Shown here piece after piece: positions 40,289 through 50,935 of a stretch of DNA of 64,000 bases. Below the pieces are notes generated by a model that searched no databases, was not told the DNA's origin, and saw only the letters and a list, made by a program, of their open reading frames with translations. Every line of letters begins with the position of its first letter. Position 1 is the stretch's first letter. Origin of the DNA: Paramoeba atlantica (taxonomy: Eukaryota; Protista; Discosea); NCBI GenBank assembly GCA_977017575.1, contig CDRNVI010000008.1, positions 1 to 64,000 of the forward strand, in the 5' to 3' direction. The position numbers and the translations under genes are program-made.

Positions 40289-42214
40289 ATGGAAGTTTCA
40301 GAAACATCGCTTCAAGAATTTGTACATAGTTTAGAGTACGAAGAGTCAGTAGACCTTGCTCAGTTGTTGTACGCTTCGATTAGAAGTTCCGATTTTTTTC
40401 ACTTGACTTGCCCTGCTTTTCCGTTCGGTGTGGTAGAATACTTCCTAGGGACAATTCTGCGCAATTTTGATCGAGCAAGTGAGGATAACGCATATAAGAA
40501 ACGCATCGAGGTCTTCAAGCTGCTTATCTTTCACCCTTGGTTTTGCATTGGTCATTGGAAAATCGGGCCCTCTATTGATTTATGCAATAATTCGGGTCAC
40601 ATCCATCTCTATCACGCTCTGCTTCATTGGAGAGGATTAATGGAATACAGCATCCATTGTTGCACGAACAAGAGATGTCCTCATCGCTCTTCCGTTGTAG
40701 GTCAAGCTTCCGTATCAGTCCGAGAGGACACATTACCTTTGTGGACGACCCTCGCCTTCTCACTTTATCCGATATCCCATAGACTAGCCGTGCGGGTTTT
40801 GTTTCATGCCACTATAAACGAAATTCTGTCTGATCGTGCAGCTTATGAGATAGCGACATTTATGTCACCCTTAATTCTTCCTAACTCCTTTGTGTTTGAA
40901 TCTTTGTCTAAGTCTTCACCAGAAATTTCTAGAACCAATCGGGAATATGGCACCTCTCCCTTACTCCCGAAGGGTTCTGTCCTTCCAACGCCAATCGCAC
41001 AAGGAAGAACTGCTCAAACAAACCCACTGCTACACCAAAACTTGCTTGAGGAAAAAGTTGAGGGAATTGATATTTCTCAATCCTATGGTACACCTCTTCC
41101 AATACGACATATGGAGGGCAGCAGACGGAGTCTTCTTCCCTCGGGTGTAACAACGGTAAACAATTCTTCGGAATCAACGGAGATGCACTCCTTTGACAGG
41201 TCTAATATGGAAATCTCTGAAGAATCCCTCAAATCTCGTGCGACACGTTCGTTTCACTTGGATCACCCGTCTCTGGTGGAGTACGGAATAGAAATCTTAG
41301 GTGACAATACGTCGAGTATTGAGGTTCGCTGCCGAAAAACGAATACACTTGTAGACAAAGGAAAGCTTCTGGGGGTGAAGAACAAAAAACTCTATTGGGT
41401 ACCAAATACACTCCAGCACTTGAATAGTCACGCCGAACTTGGAACTCCACAATTCGTCCGAAGTAAACTTGTTATTCAACATATCACAGATGAAGATCGT
41501 CGCCAATCAAGGAATTTTAATAATAGTACAGAGCGCGTTATTTCTGGAGCTACTCCCTATACGCAATCAGATATATCTGGAGGAGCAATGCAGTTCAAAA
41601 GTGTTGAAGACGTTAACGAGACAGTGTCGGAACTCATCACTCCTAATGACAGCTCAGTAGGACTTTCCCCTTTATCTGCTTATGAATCCAATTCGTACCT
41701 TGAAGTCACCCAGTTCACTGATTATTCACAAAGTGTCGATCGTAATTTTACTCCCTTGCCGAATGAAAGAGTAAAAACGGACAGGAAGACATCGCCATGG
41801 GAAAGACTTCACGAAGGTCGTGCGGAGACCCTTTCTTCATTTCTTTCTCACCGTATGGTAAAAGGGAAAGAGTTGCGTTCCCTTTCGGAGGCTCTCGAAG
41901 AAGTGGCTGAATACAACGCTCCACTCAGTTTTCGTTGTAGGCTGGCGGCTGACGGCTTAGAGTCTCGATTGTTGGATGTGTCCGGAAAGGCAACTATGCC
42001 ATACGGACTGTACTTTGGCCAACGTATCTGTCGCCCGTGGGGATCGATCACCGAAGAAGGAACAATACTCGGATTAGGGGAAGACAAGGCTCTTTGGTGG
42101 CTACCAGATTACAGTATCGGTATGGCTCGGCTTGCTCTTTCTCCGGAGCAAATTTCTCTATTAGTTAAGCCAAAAATTATCGGAGCCGCGATTCCTCGTG
42201 AATACGAAGAGTGA
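40289..42214 (+). CDS. Hypothetical protein with two copies of a small G-x-(I/L)-LG...L-(Y/W)-W-x-P module
   Basis: 642-aa ORF; GKLLGVKNKKLYWVP and GTILGLGEDKALWWLP. Confidence 0.7.
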   Translation: MEVSETSLQEFVHSLEYEESVDLAQLLYASIRSSDFFHLTCPAFPFGVVEYFLGTILRNFDRASEDNAYKKRIEVFKLLIFHPWFCIGHWKIGPSIDLCNNSGHIHLYHALLHWRGLMEYSIHCCTNKRCPHRSSVVGQASVSVREDTLPLWTTLAFSLYPISHRLAVRVLFHATINEILSDRAAYEIATFMSPLILPNSFVFESLSKSSPEISRTNREYGTSPLLPKGSVLPTPIAQGRTAQTNPLLHQNLLEEKVEGIDISQSYGTPLPIRHMEGSRRSLLPSGVTTVNNSSESTEMHSFDRSNMEISEESLKSRATRSFHLDHPSLVEYGIEILGDNTSSIEVRCRKTNTLVDKGKLLGVKNKKLYWVPNTLQHLNSHAELGTPQFVRSKLVIQHITDEDRRQSRNFNNSTERVISGATPYTQSDISGGAMQFKSVEDVNETVSELITPNDSSVGLSPLSAYESNSYLEVTQFTDYSQSVDRNFTPLPNERVKTDRKTSPWERLHEGRAETLSSFLSHRMVKGKELRSLSEALEEVAEYNAPLSFRCRLAADGLESRLLDVSGKATMPYGLYFGQRICRPWGSITEEGTILGLGEDKALWWLPDYSIGMARLALSPEQISLLVKPKIIGAAIPREYEE

Positions 42215-42372
42215 TGCAAAGTATCATTGTGCACACATAACCAATCACAATTCCATTTTTCGTCAGTATTCCTTTACTACTTTTCCGTTCACAAAAAAAA
42301 ATGCAACAAAAACTTTTTACAAGCATAAAAAGATTCTTTTCTTCATGTAAAGCACTATTCTCTCTCGTGTAC

Positions 42373-43686
42373 ATGCTACTCCGCATCTCCTCCTTCCGTA
42401 CCCCCCTACGTATCGGTCATCCCTTTCACACCCAACCCACACCACCCAACAAACCACATCCCCCAAAGCCCGCCCCATTCCATCCTAAACGACAACAACA
42501 ACAACCCCCGAACACCACAACAACCACCACCACATCAACAACAACAACCCCTCCCCCTCCCCCCGAACCCCCACTGGCCTTCCTCACCCAACTCCAACAC
42601 GGTGTCGAGGAACACACTGAACCCTACCCGTCTCTCTCTCTCCACAATTTCCTCTTCCCCAAAAACCTTTTCTCTACTTCTTCTACAAGTACATCTCCTA
42701 GGTCCACAAGCACATCTACAAGCACATCTCCTAGGTCCACAAGTACATCTACAAGCACATCTCCTAGGTCCACAAGCACATCTACAAGCACATCCACAAG
42801 TACATCTACAAGCACATCTACAAGCACACCTACAAGCAGCACATTTACAAGTACGTCTCCTAGATCCACAAGTACATCCACAAGTGCACCTCCAAGTGCA
42901 CCCACAAGCACATCTACCCGTACATCCACGAGCCCCCCCACAAGCCCCCCTCCCCCTCCACCCCCTAGATCCACACCCCCCTCCCCCCCTCCCCCCGACT
43001 TCCCCGTGATGCTCCCCCCACGCTGGTGCACCGCCCTCACCCACGCCGTGCACACCACCTTCCCCGGGCTCACCTTCACCCACAACCGCACCCTCCTGCA
43101 GGCCTTCATCCACCCCTCCTACTGCGGGCTGTCCGCAGCCCACACCGCGGCGGGTCTCGCCCCCGTGGGACGGGACCTGCTGCGGCTGCTGTACACCGCC
43201 TGGGTGGTACGGGCCAACCCGCACGGGGGTCTCGGGGAGGGGAGGGGGGGGGAGGGGGGACCCGAGCAGGTGGTGCGGGACCTGATGGGGACCGCGGTGC
43301 TGTGTGAGACCTGTGTGCGGGGGTGGGGGGGGCTGGGGGGGTGGGTGTTAAGCAATGAGGGGTTGTTTCGGCTGCCGAGGGCGTTTGAGCCGGGGAGTTG
43401 GAAGAAAGGGGAGGGGGGGGTGGGGGGGTGGAGACGGGGGAGGGAGGGGACGGTGTGGCATTATGTGAGGAGGAGGAGGGGGGAGGGGGGGGTGGAGAAG
43501 GGGGTGGAGGGGAGGAGGGAGAGTGGGGAAGAGGAGGAAGAGGATCCGGTACCTGTGGAGGAAACGTTGGTCCTGGCCTTTCTGGGTGGGTTGTATTACG
43601 ATCAAGGTCTCCCAGCCGTTGTTGATTTTGTGCAAAAGTACATGCAAAAGCACGCGCTTGCGTTCTTGTTAGAGAGGGACGCATAA
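42373..43686 (+). CDS. RNase III-fold protein lacking catalytic acids (mitoribosomal mL44/mL57-like), with Ser/Thr repeat insert
   Basis: Mitochondrial-type N-terminus. FTHNRTLLQAFIHPSY, GLAPVGRDLL and TLVLAFLGGLYYDQGLPAVVDFV correspond to RNase III helices. Confidence 0.7.
   Translation: MLLRISSFRTPLRIGHPFHTQPTPPNKPHPPKPAPFHPKRQQQQPPNTTTTTTTSTTTTPPPPPEPPLAFLTQLQHGVEEHTEPYPSLSLHNFLFPKNLFSTSSTSTSPRSTSTSTSTSPRSTSTSTSTSPRSTSTSTSTSTSTSTSTSTSTPTSSTFTSTSPRSTSTSTSAPPSAPTSTSTRTSTSPPTSPPPPPPPRSTPPSPPPPDFPVMLPPRWCTALTHAVHTTFPGLTFTHNRTLLQAFIHPSYCGLSAAHTAAGLAPVGRDLLRLLYTAWVVRANPHGGLGEGRGGEGGPEQVVRDLMGTAVLCETCVRGWGGLGGWVLSNEGLFRLPRAFEPGSWKKGEGGVGGWRRGREGTVWHYVRRRRGEGGVEKGVEGRRESGEEEEEDPVPVEETLVLAFLGGLYYDQGLPAVVDFVQKYMQKHALAFLLERDA
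42680..42930. repeat. Coding minisatellite: 12-nt TCTACAAGCACA units with a 33-nt higher-order repeat (STSTSTSPR)
   Basis: Read directly. Confidence 0.92.
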
Positions 43687-44034
43687 GCTAAGTCCTTTAA
43701 GTGAGTGGACATTTTTGACTTGATTGGTCCGAAAGCGACGAGGAGATGGTTGGACTTCGACACGAATACGACACGTAGAATGAGCCGCTTTTTGTGATTT
43801 ACTGGTCAGTCGTATCGAGGCAGAGAATTTTCCTCCGAAGCACTTGTGAACATAGCAATGTTTAGCGTGGGCATGCGCCTGCATTTTCTCGATGTCAGCT
43901 TTCTTGTACGTCTGCATGCACTATGCACTGGATGGAATCTCAAACGATGCATTCATTCGCCAATATGCTCCTCTATCGAAGTAGAAGGTGTTCTTTTCTT
44001 TTCTCACAAGGTGTAGATTTATCATGAATAAAAA

Positions 44035-46374
44035 ATGTACCCCGACGTACACAATTTTTTCTTTGTCCTCCATCAACTCTCTTTTTACAGAAAATCATTC
44101 ATGCAACAACCGGGTGCTCAACTGTCGTCCAGTCCCGGGCACCCCTATCTCTCCCGTGTTCGCTATTCCTTCCTCGTTTACCTCCTGTGGTTTCTCTTCC
44201 AACGGCGCCAGTTACGGTCCTATGCCGCGGCCCACCTCGGTAGCATGGGTCTCTCCGCCGACAAGCTCTTCACCCCCAACTTCCTCCCCTCCCTCCGTCG
44301 CATCGCCTCCATTGCCCTCCCCACCTGGCGCAGCCGCGAGGGTTTCAGCACCGCAACCTTCATCGCTCTCTTCTTCCTCAAAGCCTACCTCGTCGTCCAA
44401 CGCAGTGTCATGGACGGGGCCGTCCTGGAAGCCTTCCTGGCCGGCACCCACCGTCTCGTCGCCGTACTCAACTACGTCGGGTTCAGTCTCCTCGGGGCCG
44501 TCGTGAACGGGGCCATCCAGCACGTCCGTTACACCCTGATCGCGGCCTACCGTCTTCGCCTCACCACACACTTCCACGCGCGTTACCTCAACCACTCCAT
44601 CTTCTACTACGGCACCGTCCTGGACGACCGCATCCGTTCCCCCGATGTGGTCCTTACGAAATACTGCCATGAGTTTGCCGAGCACTTTGCCGAGCTCCCG
44701 TATTATTTTCTCATGCCGCTGTTAGAGGCCACCTCCTCGTTGTACATTGTGGGGCGGGAGCTCGGGGTGGGCACCGCGGCAGCGATTACCGCAATGGTGC
44801 TGGTCTCGCTACGCACGCTGCGGGTGCTTACCCCACCGTTTGGGAAGATTCACTCCGGACTGCTGCATGCCGAGGAGACGTTTAGACGGCACCACACGGA
44901 GCTGGCTGTGAATACGGAGCAGATTGCGTTGCAGCATGGTGGGGGGTTTCTTCGTCGGCGGCTGGACCAGGCTTGTGGGAAGGTGTGCGGGATGATGCGG
45001 CATATGGCACTCGCCCGGGGGTATTTTGTCGGGGTCGAGATGGCTATGATTACGTTGTGGAATACCGTGGGGTTTCTGGCGTGTGGGCTAACGTGGGGAG
45101 GAGAAGGGAAGATTACCCAACAGGATTCGGCGAATGCGTTGCGTACGTTTGTGGTGCATCGACATTTGATACGTAATTTTCACTCCGCGGTGAAGAAGTT
45201 GGCACTGAATTTGAAGGAGATTTCGCATTTAACGGAGTTCACCAATAAACTTGCGGAGTTTGACACCGTGTTGTCGAGTCTCGCTCGTGGGGAATTTCAC
45301 AAGCATGTCACGACGCCGGTACAACAGGAATCGGAAGAGACCGGTGGGGACTTGCCGTACAATTGGTCGCAATCCCTGCCTGATCTCACTTCCCCATCGG
45401 AGATCACGGAGCCGAAAATCGGGCAATCCACCTTTGAGACGGACATGGAGCCCGACGAACTTATTTGCGCTTATGACATTGATGTTGTCACTCCGGCCCG
45501 AAACATTCTCGTACATGACCTTACGTTACACATCCGTAGAGGAGAGAACTGGGTTATTACCGGGCCGAACGGGGCAGGAAAGAGCTCCTTGGTACGCATG
45601 CTTGCTGGTCTGTGGTTCCCCGCGAAAGGGGCGATTCGCGTGCACCCCTTGGTCGACTTTTTTGTACTCCCCCAGCAAGCTCTTATGGTCGCCGGATGCA
45701 CACTTTTGGACCAAGTTATCTTTCCAGATTATATTGTGCCCCAAGGGGAGGAGCATAGCTCGACGGAGCCGTGCGCGGTGGTGCATCCACCTGGAGCATT
45801 TGAGCTCGCAAGCCCTTCCCTCTCCCCCTCTGCTTCGGATCCCACCACATATAGCCCCGCAAGTTCCCCCATCGTACTCCGGGAGGATACAATGGAGAGT
45901 CGTGGGGCCCGAGGCGTGCGTCTGGACGAGGATCTCGTCTCCCGTGTGAAGCAGGCACTGGAAATTTCCACCGGAATGTCGATTGTTCCAGAGGTGTTCG
46001 GAAACTGGACTCATCCAAGTGCGGGTCTCGCTGCCTCACCGGACCTCAACTTCGAGTGGTCATCCCTGAGTGGAGGACAGCAACAAAAAGTGGCCCTCGC
46101 TCGCATGTTTTATCACGGCAGGAGGTCTGTGGACCATGGTCGAATTCCTGTGGTGGTGATGGATGAATCCACCTCTCAAATGGATTTCGATGCCGAAGAG
46201 AAGCTATTCAAAAACCTTGCGACCTCAAATATACAACTTATTTCCTTAACACACCGTCCGGAGGTAATGAAATATCATGAGCGTGTGCTAATTTTGGATC
46301 GTGAATCTCACGGATGGAAAGTACGACACATGTCCGCAGACAATCGATCCATTTCACCTGCGCGAGCTAAATAA
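44035..46374 (+). CDS. ABC half-transporter subfamily D (peroxisomal/glycosomal GAT-like)
   Basis: LDDRIRSPD, EAA-like EETFRRHHTELAVNTEQIAL, Walker A GPNGAGKSS, signature LSGGQQQK, Walker B VVMDEST, H-loop THR. The start may be ATG 44101. Confidence 0.92.
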   Translation: MYPDVHNFFFVLHQLSFYRKSFMQQPGAQLSSSPGHPYLSRVRYSFLVYLLWFLFQRRQLRSYAAAHLGSMGLSADKLFTPNFLPSLRRIASIALPTWRSREGFSTATFIALFFLKAYLVVQRSVMDGAVLEAFLAGTHRLVAVLNYVGFSLLGAVVNGAIQHVRYTLIAAYRLRLTTHFHARYLNHSIFYYGTVLDDRIRSPDVVLTKYCHEFAEHFAELPYYFLMPLLEATSSLYIVGRELGVGTAAAITAMVLVSLRTLRVLTPPFGKIHSGLLHAEETFRRHHTELAVNTEQIALQHGGGFLRRRLDQACGKVCGMMRHMALARGYFVGVEMAMITLWNTVGFLACGLTWGGEGKITQQDSANALRTFVVHRHLIRNFHSAVKKLALNLKEISHLTEFTNKLAEFDTVLSSLARGEFHKHVTTPVQQESEETGGDLPYNWSQSLPDLTSPSEITEPKIGQSTFETDMEPDELICAYDIDVVTPARNILVHDLTLHIRRGENWVITGPNGAGKSSLVRMLAGLWFPAKGAIRVHPLVDFFVLPQQALMVAGCTLLDQVIFPDYIVPQGEEHSSTEPCAVVHPPGAFELASPSLSPSASDPTTYSPASSPIVLREDTMESRGARGVRLDEDLVSRVKQALEISTGMSIVPEVFGNWTHPSAGLAASPDLNFEWSSLSGGQQQKVALARMFYHGRRSVDHGRIPVVVMDESTSQMDFDAEEKLFKNLATSNIQLISLTHRPEVMKYHERVLILDRESHGWKVRHMSADNRSISPARAK

Positions 46375-46674
46375 ATAGTTTGTGTCATTCATACAAATTC
46401 GCTTTTTATCAATTTGACTGCACGTAGGCAGGTGTAAATTTCTTATGTTAATTGTTAACAAACCTAATAATAATTGGGCGTGTCAAGTTCTTGCTTGCAG
46501 ATATCTGTTTTTAAAATCAGTTTTCAACTAATACAGTGTTCTATAGAATTTGAACGTACTTCTCGTTGAAGCGTCTGTGCTAATTTTTCTATTAAAATAT
46601 CATTGAAAATACAATTAAAGAAAAATAGGACCTGAAAATAGCACGTGCGCAAATTGTTAATGTGTTACATGTAG

Positions 46675-47808
46675 ATGAAAACTGGAGTTAATCTCAATTC
46701 TTCGAGCGGAGCCTCTCGCTCTTCTGGGCGTATTACTCCGCTTTCAAGGTCTGTGGGGTCAACGAATCTTTCTTCTTCGAGAAAGGAATTTCCTTATATT
46801 TGCAGAGGATCACCAAATACTGAACACACCAATTTACTGAGTTCGAACAATAAGATTTCCAATTTTGAGACTAAAGGTGAGATGAGATCTGTAAGATCAG
46901 CTGATACGTTGATTGCCACTCAAGCTACTAGAGTTAAAGTGCAAGAAAATAGACTTTCTTCGGATAACGTCATTCGTGTCCGCGTTGGTTTAGGAGCAGA
47001 ATCGATTCATAAGAGTCCTAGAGTTTCCCTCAAGCGGTCGAGTAGCAGCTCTTTTGGAACTCCATATCTTCAAAGCCCAGTCTATTCATCAACGCCAAAG
47101 AGTACACTCTCGTCCCCAAACAGTGATTACGGCAATCCACCTTCTCCATGGATTCGAGAAGGTCTTCCTGCGCATCGTACCAAGATGCGAATGTCACTTC
47201 TTTCTGCATTGCAGAAATCGCGATCATGCGATTCTTTAAACACGCAAGAGGGGACGAATACTGATCGCATTCAAACCCCCATATTGCGTGGGAATATGGA
47301 CGAGTCTCCGAATTCCGAAACTCCAAGCACTGATTCTCTCCGTACTCCAATAAATCGTTTGTCGCAGCTCACAACGGCCAGCACTCCTCCAAATTCACAC
47401 CTTCATGTTGTAGTGGCTCAAATAGAAATGGCATTGCAGTCGCTTCCTTCAGGCAGAGTTCTATCCCAATTTCGAACCCTTCATTTTAATCTAAACGATG
47501 ACAAAAACGAAGACTTGCGCACGGCTGTGCTGGATAGAACGCTTGATTCAGAAAAACTGGTACGCATGACAAGCGCTGAGCTAGCCAACCCCGATCTCCG
47601 CGTGGCTCGCAAGGCGAACGTCGAGGCGCACTTAGATCGTATTAATACAAAAAATCACAAGGTGGGGACTAGAACAACTTTTTTTACATGCAGCAAGTGC
47701 CACGGTAATGATACAACGTTTTACGAAATGCAAACTGCTAGCGCAGATGAGCCAAGCACTAAGTTCGTGACGTGCCTAAATTGCGGAAAGTCGTGGAAGT
47801 TTCGTTAG
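46675..47808 (+). CDS. TFIIS: Transcription elongation factor TFIIS (domains II-III; Ser-rich disordered N-terminus)
   Basis: FNLNDDKNEDLR...RMTSAELAN; zinc ribbon CSKC...QTASADEP...CLNCG. Confidence 0.9.
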   Translation: MKTGVNLNSSSGASRSSGRITPLSRSVGSTNLSSSRKEFPYICRGSPNTEHTNLLSSNNKISNFETKGEMRSVRSADTLIATQATRVKVQENRLSSDNVIRVRVGLGAESIHKSPRVSLKRSSSSSFGTPYLQSPVYSSTPKSTLSSPNSDYGNPPSPWIREGLPAHRTKMRMSLLSALQKSRSCDSLNTQEGTNTDRIQTPILRGNMDESPNSETPSTDSLRTPINRLSQLTTASTPPNSHLHVVVAQIEMALQSLPSGRVLSQFRTLHFNLNDDKNEDLRTAVLDRTLDSEKLVRMTSAELANPDLRVARKANVEAHLDRINTKNHKVGTRTTFFTCSKCHGNDTTFYEMQTASADEPSTKFVTCLNCGKSWKFR

Positions 47809-48244
47809 GGTTCCGTTAAGCACTATTGAGAATCTAAAAAAATGATCTCTTGAACTTCCTTTAGAGAATACCATCTTGATCTTCCGCGCGAACACTCGTG
47901 TTTGGGCATATTTCATAGAACGTCAAGATGTGTATATGATTTGAAATGCGTGAAACATACCTGATACTTTGTACATGATATTTTTCCTTACGAATTTGAA
48001 TGGGAGAACTAAATGACCTCTGTAGTACTCTTGTGTCCCAATATTTCTTAGGTAATACAGTAAGATTCGCATAGTAAGATAAGTCGGAAACTGTAAGAAA
48101 CTTCTGTGGATGAAAACTTAAAATTTAGCAGGAATTTTATTTATTTTGAAGCAAATAGTTTTAAATCGGAGCATAATATATTTTGAAAGGAAAAGAGGTT
48201 GATATGCTCACAGCACTTCAGACAGCGCAATTTAAATAAATCGA

Positions 48245-50935
48245 ATGGAAGGCTCAGAAACCTTGGATAAAAGTTTAGAAAAAGTTCCGCTGCAACCCTC
48301 GAGAATCATCAAGGAGCCTATAAGGTGTTGTGCATCTAGGAAATGCATTGGGCGGCATCAGCTTGACGAATCCACTGTTTTCCGTCGGCCGCGTTCGAAA
48401 ACATGGGCGCTTCTCCGAGCTCCGGGACAAGCCGGTTGTCTGCTTCCTGTGCGTGAGGTCTCACGGCAAGCCGAGACGCCGTGCTCCACGCTCTATGTCG
48501 ATTCCACGCGAAATTTCGCCTCCTTGTCGCTCCGTACGCCTTCTCCGGAGATGCAATCCACAGAGGTTAGCTCCCCACAGTTCTCTCCGTTCCCGTGTGA
48601 TCCGGAAAACGACAGCCATGCACGTTCTTCTCGTAAGGCTGTAGTCTCCTACAGCTACCGCCGGAGTTGTCGTTTAGGTCGAGCCCTGGTACACACCTTA
48701 GGGTCTCCTCGTGAGACATGCACCTCCTCGTTGTCACAATCGAATCCCAGTGGGATTAGTCCAATACGAAGTGGGGGGACGCAGCCGCAACGATTGGAGT
48801 CCTGCTCTCATACAGCAGCGGTTAGATCAAAGAAGCCTTTTATCCCCTCGCTGGCGACTTCCTCGGGGTTGAGTGGTTCCGTGGTCTCCTCTTCGGGTTA
48901 TGATCCCGGTCAGTTTTCCTCTCCCGAGTGTAAAGGGCTTACACTACGCAGTACGCGTAGTAGCGCAACCACAGAACGTGAAACACGAAAATCGAGAGAG
49001 AAATCTGATACACAATCCGGAACTGAACACACGGTGGCCCATCGGCTATTTCCCTCTGATATGAATGGTGTGGAATCTCCCATAAAGGTAAAGAGTACCG
49101 ATGGAGAATCATCGGCCATAACCCTTCATTGCGCACAATCGAAGAGGGAATTGTTAGTTGTGGGAAAAGAGGTGGCCTCAGTAGCGCACCATAGCAAGAT
49201 TTCGAATCTATTTTTAGACACAACTTCACATGAGGATGACACAGAAGTGCCAGGTCAGAGTGATTTGAGTCTTTGCACTAATTTTGTCAAAGAACTCGTG
49301 GACACGTTTGGAGAAAAGACACAACCTGAAGAAAAGATAGTAGAGAACTCGCCTTCTCAGAAATCATTGAAAACAGTAATCACGACTCAGCAGGGCTGCG
49401 AATCAGCAGAATATAGCTTTTCTGACTGTCGTGATACAGTGCGACCGTTAGAGGCAAGGAGCATTGGGGGATCATCTGCCGCCTCGAAAAATTGGCGAGA
49501 TATTTCTTTGGAGCCGAACTTGAATTCTTCCTCTTTACACACTACTTACCCTCTACCTGACAGCTTTTCGTTGGCATTACGACATCACATGTGGAACACG
49601 CTTGCAATCATACCGTGCGGAGCACATGTGTATTTTACCGCATTTTCTCATCTTCTTACACTCATGCGAGACGTACGTTGGCTCGCAGTAAACTGTCCTA
49701 GAGGAATTTCGAATGCCTTAACACGCGCTACCAATGGAGTCATATTCCTAACTGTAAAATGTGCTTCTTCGGAGGTTTGGAAGGATGTCATGTCTCGGGT
49801 TTGCCACGTCAGTGACGCACACTCGCGCCACACACTTTTTCGCACAGAACACTATGTAATTAGTGTCCTAGGGTGGAATCTTAGACCACGAACTTTACTT
49901 AGCAGTTACGAGGTTGTGCGTGATCGCTATCTTGAGACGCGCTGCTTCCACTCCCCTTTGCAATGTAAGGCATCTCTGAGAAGCAACGAGGTAAGTTCTG
50001 TACCGCAAGATCTCTCAACCGCAATAGAAGATAGAGATGCAGCTTGCGAGGAAACAAGCAATGAATCTGGTGAAAGAACTGTTGAAAGCATAAAACTTTG
50101 TCCGTGCCACACGGCAAAGGAAACTATTTGCGAGGCTGATTGGATGAGGATCTTTATTTTATCTGAAACGGTTATGGCGTTTTGTCCCCACAGCATCCTG
50201 ATGCATGATATTGATGGGGGATACGAGCGTCTCTTGCAAGTAAGTGCCGAAACATTCTCGAACGTGATGCTGCACAAAGAAGGCTTTGCAGATCGGGTAC
50301 AAGATAATTTTACATTGGAATCGTATACTTTACACGGTGTCACGAAATTATGTCTGGTCTTCCTGCAAATATTGACTGGACAACGCATGGATCACTCGAT
50401 ATTAAATCATGAATCAACAATGCCAGTGTCGCTCGCTTCGTCCGAAACAAAGCTCTCAATGGATCATTTTGAATCCATGGCCTCACACAGCATTTGTGTC
50501 GGCGGACTTTCCATGCACGATTTTCCCTCCCTTATGTCGTGGCTCTTTAAAGAACTCAAAGTATGTCTAGCGTTTCCTCCTACACGAAATGTTCAGTCGG
50601 CAGCTTCGATCTCTCCGGGACGAGAGTCAGGAAGCGCCGCTTCACCATTGACTTGTAGAACTGTGCATTCACCAATGCACAGCGCACAGCCCCAGGATGT
50701 GGACCCTTTGAACAATGAAATTACCAAGCCAGTGACAAGACTGAACGAAACTCAATTTCAGACTCCACCACTGCGAGCGCAGGTAGCGAATAATATACAG
50801 GTGGGCTTGCACGCCGAATACCCCATGCCAGTATGTATCACGTGGCTTTCATTTTGCCAATACGCTGCCGTATCATGGATGGATGCAACCCGAGTGGCCT
50901 CTCAAACCAAGCGCTCGTCGACTGTGTGCCCATAA
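48245..50935 (+). CDS. Large hypothetical protein (Ser-rich N-half, globular C-half)
   Basis: 896-aa ATG ORF on the coding strand. Confidence 0.75.
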   Translation: MEGSETLDKSLEKVPLQPSRIIKEPIRCCASRKCIGRHQLDESTVFRRPRSKTWALLRAPGQAGCLLPVREVSRQAETPCSTLYVDSTRNFASLSLRTPSPEMQSTEVSSPQFSPFPCDPENDSHARSSRKAVVSYSYRRSCRLGRALVHTLGSPRETCTSSLSQSNPSGISPIRSGGTQPQRLESCSHTAAVRSKKPFIPSLATSSGLSGSVVSSSGYDPGQFSSPECKGLTLRSTRSSATTERETRKSREKSDTQSGTEHTVAHRLFPSDMNGVESPIKVKSTDGESSAITLHCAQSKRELLVVGKEVASVAHHSKISNLFLDTTSHEDDTEVPGQSDLSLCTNFVKELVDTFGEKTQPEEKIVENSPSQKSLKTVITTQQGCESAEYSFSDCRDTVRPLEARSIGGSSAASKNWRDISLEPNLNSSSLHTTYPLPDSFSLALRHHMWNTLAIIPCGAHVYFTAFSHLLTLMRDVRWLAVNCPRGISNALTRATNGVIFLTVKCASSEVWKDVMSRVCHVSDAHSRHTLFRTEHYVISVLGWNLRPRTLLSSYEVVRDRYLETRCFHSPLQCKASLRSNEVSSVPQDLSTAIEDRDAACEETSNESGERTVESIKLCPCHTAKETICEADWMRIFILSETVMAFCPHSILMHDIDGGYERLLQVSAETFSNVMLHKEGFADRVQDNFTLESYTLHGVTKLCLVFLQILTGQRMDHSILNHESTMPVSLASSETKLSMDHFESMASHSICVGGLSMHDFPSLMSWLFKELKVCLAFPPTRNVQSAASISPGRESGSAASPLTCRTVHSPMHSAQPQDVDPLNNEITKPVTRLNETQFQTPPLRAQVANNIQVGLHAEYPMPVCITWLSFCQYAAVSWMDATRVASQTKRSSTVCP

